DNA of 63,980 nucleotides, the filler included, from Asterionella formosa (Eukaryota): assembly GCA_002256025.1 (NCBI GenBank). It is 16 parts of 16 records of this genome, joined end to end, with 100 filler letters (N's around TTAATTAATTAA, not from the genome) between each part and the next. Parts side by side here need not be neighbours in the genome. Positions count along the whole stretch, not along the records: positions 22,025 to 43,940 come from NKIB01002921.1; 15 more parts are not named here. One strand, 5' to 3'. Made by a program: the position numbers and the translations under genes. Positions 26,107-35,579 of this stretch are shown piece by piece. Under the pieces are notes generated by a model. The model saw only the letters and a program-made list of their open reading frames with translations, had not been told where the DNA came from and did not search any database. Position 1 is the first letter of the stretch; the number at the start of each line of letters is the position of its first letter.

Positions 26107-28428
26107 TCATTCTAGGCTTGGAATCTCCTTTCGAGGGGGGCTGTCCCCATACATATACAATATGCCCCCTCGATCGGAGAATTTCAATGGATGAGGGCCA
26201 CTAACAGCTTGAACTATCTCGAGAAAGCCCTTTAGTCTTGCTGCTCCATATGATGGTCGAAAGCAATAAACTTCTTGGCCTGCTCGTCGAACAGAAATAC
26301 CGAGTGGCAGCGGATTAAGTAGTGATGTCGAAGCCTCTTGAATGACGAATTCCAAACCATTCAAGTCCAATAATGATGTACAGTATCCACCGACGATTGG
26401 TATCAGTTGAGTAACAAACATTATTTGAGTTGACGTCACATAGCAAGTTCCCGTCTTTGCTGTCCCCACAAGAATACTGCACTTAAAGAGTGGCACCTGA
26501 TCTTCCGCGGATATATCACTGTTTGCTTTTTCGGCGAAATGATGAAACTCGTCGGCCGCCTTTCGAGACTTAATAGACTTCGAATAGGATTGAGAAATTC
26601 TATCTATTGACTCTCGCTTGTGTGCTTGCATTTTTGCCAAGCGATCCATAACTTGCAAATTTTTGCGTCCTAGCCGAGCAGACTGTTCCTCGTCATCTTG
26701 AAGTTGAAAGGCATCTAATATCATTTGCACCGACTTTTCGGCTCGATCAAATGAACATTCTGGCGAGTGATTCATGACAGAAATCTTATTCAGGGCCTCC
26801 ATCACTCGAATCCCCCAAGGTGGACAAGTAGCTTGGTGTGGAGTAAAGTCAAGGGGATATGCTGTTAATGGTAGTGCCTGCGGAAGAGATGGTGCAGTCA
26901 GCTGATATATTTCAAAGGATGGCTTCAAGACCTGCACAAGATTTGCGCAGGCATATTCTGCTTCCCGCGCATATTCTTCCAGTTCCGACGCACTTTTCAG
27001 CAGTGATATAATCATGTTTTCTCGGCACACTCTTCTCAGTTGGCTACAGTAGTGTACATCTACCGTGGGCAACGACGGAAACATTCCAAAGGGAGCAGAC
27101 ATCAAACTACTATACGACAAGTCTCGTGAATCCAATTCTTCCCAGATATGTTCGACAAGGTTCCAACCTTCACAAAGGGTTGGCCAATCTTCCTGGGACA
27201 ATGCAGGGAGTGTGAGGTGGCCTCCTTGGACACTGGGACATGGTTTGTAATTTTGCAGAAGTTGCGATCGAACAGCAGCTTGCATATTCGTCTTGTCACT
27301 ATAGACATGTTTAGATGGCGAAAAGAAAGAATTCCCAAAGAGATTGTCGCGAGATCTCGATTCTAGTTTTTGGACCAAGGCAGCAGCTTCTTTTAACCTT
27401 AAATTGGCTTCCAAATCAGTTGCCTGAATAGCGATATCATCCTCCGTAAGCTCGTTCTTTGAGTCCATTCTTATTGGAATGTAGTAAAATCGCATCAACA
27501 ACGTTCGTTCACAAAATCTTCCACCTGAACCTTTATAGGTGCAAACTTGCAAATCTACTTCTAAGTCTTGTTCAAAAATGCATCTTATATGCCCTCCTTG
27601 CCTCCTTTCAATTTCTCCATGTTCAGTGCATGCTGAAAAAACTCCTTCCATGATGGCCCCAACCAGTACATCTGGTCTTAATTTCATCGCCACGATCCGC
27701 ACTGGCAATCGATCAAACGCAGAAATGGATTTGGGCGATTCTCCCGGTATGTTTTGATCCGAGTTTGTCAAACCAACGTATAAGCGCATAAGTTCTTTTT
27801 CAGGGACTGGAATTACATAGTCTCGAATGCTGCCATCTTCTTTTTGAGGAAGCACGTACCAGCCACCCCGGGGCTCCTTCAGCATGCCAAGAGCATGTGT
27901 GTGATCATACATGGTGTAGGGAGTCTTGGACATGGTCGTTCTTGACTCTAAAGCCCTTTCTGACGACGGTTTCGGCTGCTGCCCACCTTCACGGGAGTTT
28001 CCGCGCATCACGCCCTTTTCTGGAGATGTGATTGGTGTACTCAACATCGCTCCAAAGTCGTGAGCAAAATCCAGTTCTTGCCGAAGCAACTGTTCACTCG
28101 CTGCTAGTCGTTCCATTTCTTGGTCCATACTGTCGTTATCGTCGTCATATGAGTCATCAGTGTAGTAATCACTCCACAATGATTTTGTAGGAGGTTGTGT
28201 GTCGCTGGGATCAAAGACAACAGACGGAGACGCAAGCAAGAACTCTAATTCTCTGACTTGTGGAGCTAGCTTGGCTGCCAAGGAGCGCACTTGGTCGTCG
28301 TCGTCGTCACTTTCGGCTGGAACTATTCCTCGACCATTGCAGTCTTGCGGTTCGTCGGAAAACGTCGATTCTATAACAAGTTTCGTGGCCATCATTGCAT
28401 CAAATTCTAGATCAAGTGACGAGGACAT
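26107..28428 (-). CDS. Uncharacterised ~770-aa protein with helical core and C-terminal GRAM/PH-like segment
   Basis: Uninterrupted long ORF with likely start MSSSLDLEF at 28428. C-terminal LFKCSIL..GTCYVTSTQIMF resembles the GRAM motif. Function not recognised. Confidence 0.7.
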   Translation of the reverse strand: MSSSLDLEFDAMMATKLVIESTFSDEPQDCNGRGIVPAESDDDDDQVRSLAAKLAPQVRELEFLLASPSVVFDPSDTQPPTKSLWSDYYTDDSYDDDNDSMDQEMERLAASEQLLRQELDFAHDFGAMLSTPITSPEKGVMRGNSREGGQQPKPSSERALESRTTMSKTPYTMYDHTHALGMLKEPRGGWYVLPQKEDGSIRDYVIPVPEKELMRLYVGLTNSDQNIPGESPKSISAFDRLPVRIVAMKLRPDVLVGAIMEGVFSACTEHGEIERRQGGHIRCIFEQDLEVDLQVCTYKGSGGRFCERTLLMRFYYIPIRMDSKNELTEDDIAIQATDLEANLRLKEAAALVQKLESRSRDNLFGNSFFSPSKHVYSDKTNMQAAVRSQLLQNYKPCPSVQGGHLTLPALSQEDWPTLCEGWNLVEHIWEELDSRDLSYSSLMSAPFGMFPSLPTVDVHYCSQLRRVCRENMIISLLKSASELEEYAREAEYACANLVQVLKPSFEIYQLTAPSLPQALPLTAYPLDFTPHQATCPPWGIRVMEALNKISVMNHSPECSFDRAEKSVQMILDAFQLQDDEEQSARLGRKNLQVMDRLAKMQAHKRESIDRISQSYSKSIKSRKAADEFHHFAEKANSDISAEDQVPLFKCSILVGTAKTGTCYVTSTQIMFVTQLIPIVGGYCTSLLDLNGLEFVIQEASTSLLNPLPLGISVRRAGQEVYCFRPSYGAARLKGFLEIVQAVSGPHPLKFSDRGGILYMYGDSPPRKEIPSLE

Positions 28429-29549
28429 GTTTATCTGGCGGATAATGGCGAGGATGGCACCGAACAAAATAGTATGTAGTCGTTATTGTTCTATAAACAA
28501 CCTTACTGAGGAGTGAGGCAGCGATGCTTTGATGATTGCGTGTGAATCGTTTTCGTCACACTTTCACTTTGGCTGGGCTGTTGGAGGTTCGATTCTGCCT
28601 TCTGTTTTGGCTCGCTGCTATCATGTCTATCAACATGACCAGTATGCTCTATACATGAATACATTCTATGTTGTTCGATTCGGAATAATTTTCTAATAGG
28701 AGGGGCCATTGTGGTAGCCGGAGAATTATCGGAGCTTGCGCTTCATAATTTGACAGTTTGACTTGCAAGCCCAACACTAGGTACCTGTACCATTATACCG
28801 CCACGGTTATCAATGCTTATAATGAGTCACGAGGACTGTGGACTCGACCACAGTCCAATGAATCAAATTGTGTTTCNNNNNNNNNNNNNNNNNNNNNNNN
28901 NNNNNNNNNNNNNNNNNNNNNNNNNNNNNNNNNNNNNNNNNNNNNNNNNNNNNNNNNNNNNNNNNNNNNNNNNNNNNNNNNNNNNNNNNNNNNNNNNNNN
29001 NNNNNNNNNNNNNNNNNNNNNNNNNNNNNNNNNNNNNNNNNNNNNNNNNNNNNNNNNNNNNNNNNNNNNNNNNNNNNNNNNNNNNNNNNNNNNNNNNNNN
29101 NNNNNNNNNNNNNNNNNNNNNNNNNNNNNNNNNNNNNNNNNNNNNNNNNNNNNNNNNNNNNNNNNNNNNNNNNNNNNNNNNNNNNNNNNNNNNNNNNNNN
29201 NNNNNNNNNNNNNNNNNNNNNNNNNNNNNNNNNNNNNNNNNNNNNNNNCCTGCTTGTTGAGGAGAAGATGCGGCTGGTGGCAAGAAAAAGGGTCCTCATT
29301 TATCTCGATTTTTCTCGAGACGGCCAAAAGCAATGATCGATAAAACAAGAAACATTTTATTTGAATGCAGTTGCCAATTTTAAACTTTATATATATATAT
29401 TTATTATATATATATATTGTATACATAGATCTGTAGCTAGCTTTGAGCATGCCAAGCAATAGGGCAATTGAGGCGAAGAAAATCGTAGAAGTCAAGAGAA
29501 ATTTGAACCATTCTTGATGCAACTGATATCAGGCACCAGACTGGTACCA

Positions 29550-30540
29550 GCAAGTTGGGGCAAATTTACTGATGTGACAATTTGGACATTGTAGGTATTC
29601 ATGCCTGCCGATGTATTCCTCTGGATCTCTAGGGGAATGGCTTAGTGGTTAGCACACCCACTGTGGTGGCGGGTTCGATTCCAGCATTCTCCACCTGTCC
29701 TTTTCATTTAGTCCCTAGGGTTCCGGGGGTGTGGCTGACGGAAAGACAGGTCCCGTTGTACCGTAGTACGGAAGAATAAAACCGGTACTAATTGTGTACA
29801 TCTATTTTGTGGGCCCGAGTGCAATTATTGGAAAGCTTTAATGTACTATAAAATATAATTTTGACTTAAAATATTCCTCTGGATCTCTATTTGGCTGGAA
29901 CTATTGATGGTGAAACTTTGTATGAACAATTCCACTTTTGATCCGGCAATATATCATGGACACAACCTTGTTATTGTCGATTTCTATTTTAGCTAATTTG
30001 CAATGATTATCAAAGCTATGTCAATGATTGCTTCACTACTTGCTAGAAATCCTTGTATTCTTTTTAAGCAAAAAAATTGTTAAGCAGACGTATACATTTT
30101 AAAATTAATAATCCCTTTATCATGGTCATAATGGTACTAATGGAGAATTTTGTTTTTCAATTCATTGAAAAATTGTATAGAATATGCCACTTATATGCAT
30201 GTCAATGTGAACAGCCATTTTCACTCAAGAAACATTTGACATGACTTTTATGAAATGCATGCCATCCTGCTGAAGATTTCTAGAATAAGCAATCTTGACA
30301 GGCAGAGTTGAGATTGGGGGAAAACCCCAATGCAAAAACCTCAATTGTTGCAAGGCTTGGGAAACTGCTATTTTCAGAAAATCATTCTATAAACTTCATT
30401 TTGATACATTGAAACTAATTGTGCCTGCTACAAGAAACCATTAGAATTTTCCTATCTCGATGTAATTTCACCATTGGAGTTGAATTTGAGTGTCTGTCTG
30501 GTGCCAAGTTGTCAGTTTCGGCAAAATGACCGCAAATTGC
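29550..30540. mobile_element. Non-autonomous TIR element (~990 bp), long member of the GCAAGTTGCGGTCATTTTGC family
   Basis: Left end GCAAGTTGGGGCAAATTTACTGATGTGACAATTTGG; right end reverse complement GCAATTTGCGGTCATTTTGCCGAAACTGACAACTTGG. Same terminal motif at 35247 and 39981. Confidence 0.55.
29632..29871 (+). mobile_element. tRNA-derived SINE (240 bp) with 18-bp target-site duplication
   Basis: TATTCCTCTGGATCTCTA at 29614-29631 and 29872-29889. Head has A box TGGCTTAGTGG, B box GGTTCGATTCC and acceptor stem GGGGAAT/ATTCTCC. AT-rich tail ends TTGACTTAAAA. Confidence 0.85.
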
Positions 30541-32120
30541 AAGTACAAAATACATGGGAGTACTCACCAGTACCATATGCGTGTGTGTCAATATGTTTTT
30601 ACTTCCTAGCTACATACCACTTATATTTGTAGTACTCCGTAAAATAAAGATCACGAATTTCTGGATTTAGTCGATACGGCAATACTGAAGGCAATACACG
30701 CCCAAGGTTGTCGGNNNNNNNNNNNNNNNNNNNNNNNNNNNNNNNNNNNNNNNNNNNNNNNNNNNNNNNNNNNNNNNNNNNNNNNNNNNNNNNNNNNNNN
30801 NNNNNNNNNNNNNNNNNNNNNNNNNNNNNNNNNNNNNNNNNNNNNNNNNNNNNNNNNNNNNNNNNNNNNNNNNNNNNNNNNNNNNNNNNNNNNNNNNNNN
30901 NNNNNNNNNNNNNNNNNNNNNNNNNNNNNNNNNNNNNNNNNNNNNNNNNNNNNNNNNNNNNNNNNNNNNNNNNNNNNNNNNNNNNNNNNNNNNNNNNNNN
31001 NNNNNNNNNNNNNNNNNNNNNNNNNNNNNNNNNNNNNNNNNNNNNNNNNNNNNNNNNNNNNNNNNNNNNNNNNNNNNNNNNNNNNNNNNNNNNNNNNNNN
31101 NNNNNNNNNNNNNNNNNNNNNNNNNNNNNNNNNNNNNNNNNNNNNNNNNNNNNNNNNNNNNNNNNNNNNNNNNNNNNNNNNNNNNNNNNNNNNNNNNNNN
31201 NNNNNNNNNNNNNNNNNNNNNNNNNNNNNNNNNNNNNNNNNNNNNNNNNNNNNNNNNNNNNNNNNNNNNNNNNNNNNNNNNNNNNNNNNNNNNNNNNNNN
31301 NNNNNNNNNNNNNNNNNNNNNNNNNNNNNNNNNNNNNNNNNNNNNNNNNNNNNNNNNNNNNNNNNNNNNNNNNNNNNNNNNNNNNNNNNNNNNNNNNNNN
31401 NNNNNNNNNNNNNNNNNNNNNNNNNNNNNNNNNNNNNNNNNNNNNNNNNNNNNNNNNNNNNNNNNNNNNNNNNNNNNNNNNNNNNNNNNNNNNNNNNNNN
31501 NNNNNNNNNNNNNNNNNNNNNNNNNNNNNNNNNNNNNNNNNNNNNNNNNNNNNNNNNNNNACCAAATCTTTCCACTGCCCACCTTATACGGGCCATTGAG
31601 CGCAATGATGGCAACTCTAGAAATAGAATAATAAGATTGCGCTATAAAAATGATTAATTGATCCTTATCTTCAAATGCTACCTTGGAAGGGTCTAGTGCT
31701 AGGGTTAGGTGGACGAAATATCGAAATAGGGGGACATAATATCATTTTCCTATAAATATTATATTAAATTATTTACCATTATTCTGGCAATTATGCTAAA
31801 ATCTGCAAATTTGATTCCGAAAAATTGGATGTGCCCCATATCTTTCATAACAAATCACTTTGAGCCTATATATATTACTTTAGTAATACTTAAAAGTAGG
31901 CGAAGAATGGCAAGCTGTTGCCGGAAGCTGGAACAGCTATTGCTCTAACATAGGCATTGTTACCAACAATCGGCGCAATTCGTACGACTCGAAAGATAAT
32001 ATTTTGTTACCGGTATAGTACAAAAAATGATCCAACTCCCGGAAGAAAAAATAATTTAATGTTACAATATCCATGAGTGTTACTCTTGTTTCTCATGTTA
32101 CCCACTCGTCCCTGGTTTTG

Positions 32121-32955
32121 CTACACAAAGAGTGTTGCAAGGCCAACATAAGCAACTGCGTCTACAAAAAAATCGGCGTTCACTGGCGGGTCTTGTTGAT
32201 ATGTTGGTACAATTTGAAGCTCGCCATAGGCACCTGCCAGTTCTCCTGTGCCTCCTGTTATTGCCAATGTTCCTCCAAATATATCGACAACCTCGCCAAC
32301 GGCATTGAAGGTGACAGCAGTTGTTGTTGCACTGTTCATTGATGTAATAGTGTAGGTAAATTGACAGTAGCCGGATCCAACGAGGGAGTTGTTATTGCCA
32401 AGATCTACAATTGCTTGAGTTCGTGTGCATACACCAGTGACAAAGGTACTGTTTATGACTGTGAGGTTTACGTTCAACAGTGGATCATTGGAGATGAAGA
32501 CTGTTCCGACTTCACTGGGGGGTGCGTCGACAAAAATAGGAATGGTTGCATTTGGTGGAAGCTGGACGAATTGGAACTCAACAGTCACCACCGGGGGAGG
32601 AACGACGACAGTGCCACCCTTGCCTTTCGAGTTGGATTTAGACTTGCTTGATTTTCCGTTTTTACCACCCTTGCCTTTGTCTCCCTTCATTTTGCCGCCC
32701 TTCCATTTGCTGCCCTTCTCTTTTCCTTTGCCCCCCTTGCCTGTCGCAGGTGGAGCGTAATTGTTGGGAACAGAGACAGGGGATTTGGTAAGGGAACCCT
32801 TCCCTTTCACTCCCTTCCCTTTCCCTCCCTTGCCTGTCACAGGTGGATTATAATTGTTGGGAGCAGAGACAGGGGATGTGGCAGGAGATATGGCAGGGGA
32901 CGTGGCAGGGGAGGCGGCCGGAGAGGCAACGGGCGAATATTCTCCTTTTCCTCCT
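32121..32955 (-). CDS. Lys/Gly-rich, Ser-Pro-Ala-repeat protein with C-terminal dirigent/allene-oxide-cyclase-like barrel (5' end lost in gap)
   Basis: SPAA/SPAT repeats, KGGK/KGKG blocks, and C-terminal GxCxR..GSGYCQFTYTI..TFNAVGEV..GGTLAITGGTG. Clearly paralogous to 33908-35053. Confidence 0.8.
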
Positions 32956-33907
32956 NNNNNNNNNNNNNNNNNNNNNNNNNNNNNNNNNNNNNNNNNNNNN
33001 NNNNNNNNNNNNNNNNNNNNNNNNNNNNNNNNNNNNNNNNNNNNNNNNNNNNNNNNNNNNNNNNNNNNNNNNNNNNNNNNNNNNNNNNNNNNNNNNNNNN
33101 NNNNNNNNNNNNNNNNNNNNNNNNNNNNNNNNNNNNNNNNNNNNNNNNNNNNNNNNNNNNNNNNNNNNNNNNNNNNNNNNNNNNNNNNNNNNNNNNNNNN
33201 NNNNNNNNNNNNNNNNNNNNNNNNNNNNNNNNNNNNNNNNNNNNNNNNNNNNNNNNNNNNNNNNNNNNNNNNNNNNNNNNNNNNNNNNNNNNNNNNNNNN
33301 NNNNNNNNNNNNNNNNNNNNNNNNNNNNNNNNNNNNNNNNNNNNNNNNNNNNNNNNNNNNNNNNNNNNNNNNNNNNNNNNNNNNNNNNNNNNNNNNNNNN
33401 NNNNNNNNNNNNNNNNNNNNNNNNNNNNNNNNNNNNNNNNNNNNNNNNNNNNNNNNNNNNNNNNNNNNNNNNNNNNNNNNNNNNNNNNNNNNNNNNNNNN
33501 NNNNNNNNNNNNNNNNNNNNNNNNNNNNNNNNNNNNNNNNNNNNNNNNNNNNNNNNNNNNNNNNNNNNNNNNNNNNNNNNNNNNNNNNNNNNNNNNNNNN
33601 NNNNNNNNNNNNNNNNNNNACATATAATGCCCTGGTTGCGCGGGACCTGAACCAAGGTGCACAGTAAAAAAATCATTTTCAACCGCTGGCCCATAAATTT
33701 TGCTCACTCTATTGTCATCCTTTATACGAAAACTTGTATCCATTTAGAAGGAACCGGAAGCATTAGCGAATTTTTGTCGAAACGCATGCCATCGTAGTTG
33801 TGAGTACACGTGTTGAGAGGTGCTCTGTAATGTCGTTTGGTCGTACCGATGCGATCACAAAATCTCTTCCGACAAATTGAACATCTCAACTCACAAAAGT
33901 TCTCAAA

Positions 33908-35053
33908 ATGAAGGCGTCTCTCTACTTTCTCTCCATTCTCTTGACTCTCCCTGCTACGTCCGCCGTTGTTAAAGGCGTCAATGTCCCTGCAAAGATTTCT
34001 CCGTCCGATGTAAACGACAACTATGCCTTTGAGAACGAACTCATCGCTCAAATTGAGAATCGGCGACTTAAAGCGAAGAAACACAAGCGTGGTACGACGC
34101 ATGGTTCAACGGGACCATATACAGCGCCTGTCGCATCACCTGGCGCAGCATCTCCTGTAGCATCTCCTGTAGCATCTCCAGCAGCGTCTCCAGCAGCGTC
34201 TCCAGCAGCAGACTCAAGTCCCGGTTCAAATGCCCCAACGCGCCAAGAATGCTGTGATTGCAACCATTATCCTGGACATCCTGACATGAAAAGTAAGGGA
34301 AGTAAGGGAGGTAAGAAAACTAAGGGAGGTAAGGAAGCAAAGGGAAGTAAGGGCGGAAAAGGGGGAAAAGGTGGAAAGGGAAAGGGTGGAAAAGGTATGT
34401 TGATGGTTGGTCAATTTTACCAATATATACTTGATGCTCTCCCTAACGCGCGCTGTTCGCAATTCCAACTAGGAAATGGCTATCGTGTCTTGAAGGGCAA
34501 GGGAGGCAAGGGTGGTAAGGGAGGTGGTGGAAGTAAGGGTAGTGCCGATTGCGTTTGCTGCCCTGGTACAGGATCGCGAGACGTTACAGCCCTTGAGCTT
34601 TCATTTGTTATGTTGTCGCCCAATGCTTCGTTCCCGGCTATCGATACTAATAATGTAATTGAACCAGTTGGTACTACCTGGATTTACAACTCGGGTCTGC
34701 TTACTATGAACGCCACCGCCCTCATCGGTGCCTCGGTCATCGGATATTGCATACGCCTCCAAGAACCAGTCGGCACCACGGCGGCAGATGCTGTATCGGG
34801 TAAAGGATATTGCCACCTCACATACACCATTGTTGACGAAGCCTCGAACCAGGTAACTTTCAATGCCGATGGAGAGGTTATAGACCTCACGGGTGGAACT
34901 TTGGCCATTACCGGAGGAACCGGTGCTTTACAAGGTGTCGATGGTGAACTCGTGCTAGTGCCTTCATTCGTAGATACCAAAACAGAGTTCAACTTCTTTA
35001 CACATGCTGCTTTCTATCTCGGAGTAGCAACACTTTTTATCCAGGGATATTAG
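33908..35053 (+). CDS. Secreted silaffin-like Lys/Gly-rich protein with C-terminal dirigent/AOC-like barrel; probable intron 34395-34472
   Basis: Signal peptide MKASLYFLSILLTLPATSA, RRL and RVL motifs, SPAA repeats, KGGK repeats, GKGYCHLTYTI..GGTLAITGGTG. Intron has GTATGT donor, CTAAC branch and TAG acceptor. Confidence 0.85.
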   Translation: MKASLYFLSILLTLPATSAVVKGVNVPAKISPSDVNDNYAFENELIAQIENRRLKAKKHKRGTTHGSTGPYTAPVASPGAASPVASPVASPAASPAASPAADSSPGSNAPTRQECCDCNHYPGHPDMKSKGSKGGKKTKGGKEAKGSKGGKGGKGGKGKGGKGMLMVGQFYQYILDALPNARCSQFQLGNGYRVLKGKGGKGGKGGGGSKGSADCVCCPGTGSRDVTALELSFVMLSPNASFPAIDTNNVIEPVGTTWIYNSGLLTMNATALIGASVIGYCIRLQEPVGTTAADAVSGKGYCHLTYTIVDEASNQVTFNADGEVIDLTGGTLAITGGTGALQGVDGELVLVPSFVDTKTEFNFFTHAAFYLGVATLFIQGY

Positions 35054-35246
35054 ATTTCTATAATGTTCGTGGGGTAGTGGGAGCTCAATAACAAGTTTGC
35101 AGATCGTGTAAAATAAATCTTTTTCATGATAATAAGTACAGTCTGAATCCTTCCAAGTAAATAGGTGATGTAAGATTGCTCTAAGCTCTAATACTGAGGA
35201 CCAGGAACAACAACAGGAATCCTCAATGACCCTACTTGTGTATTTC

Positions 35247-35345
35247 CCAAGCTGCGGTAATTTTGCTGAAACTGAAGATTTAGCATATTTATCCCAGATT
35301 AAAACGTTAGTTTAATTACCGGTAAGCAAAATGACCGCAACTTGC
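35247..35345. mobile_element. MITE (~99 bp)
   Basis: TIRs CAAGCTGCGGTAATTTTGCT and AGCAAAATGACCGCAACTTG; interior homologous to 39981-40069. Confidence 0.75.
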
Positions 35346-35579
35346 TCTGGTCTCCAACCCCCTTCACATCACTTTTTGCCCTGCTGCAGTTACCAGGTAC
35401 AGGTAACATATACACGGTATACCGGTATTTGTAGAAGTGTAACATTTTTCAAGATCCAACGGTGCGTCTACCGGTATACTAAATACATATATCGGTATTA
35501 TACATACACGTATACCTTGAAACTAGACTGTATCTTTGATCGACAAAACAATTCTGCAGCATAAATCAATCAAGTCCTA

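Noticed and set aside
29632..29693. Functional tRNA gene
   Set aside because: About 10 nt too short, no proper anticodon stem-loop, mismatch in the T-stem. The TSD shows it is a SINE head.
28758..31631. ORF-track entries spanning N gaps (also 40175-41296 and the contig ends)
   Set aside because: Their length comes from X residues; flanking translations are not protein-like.
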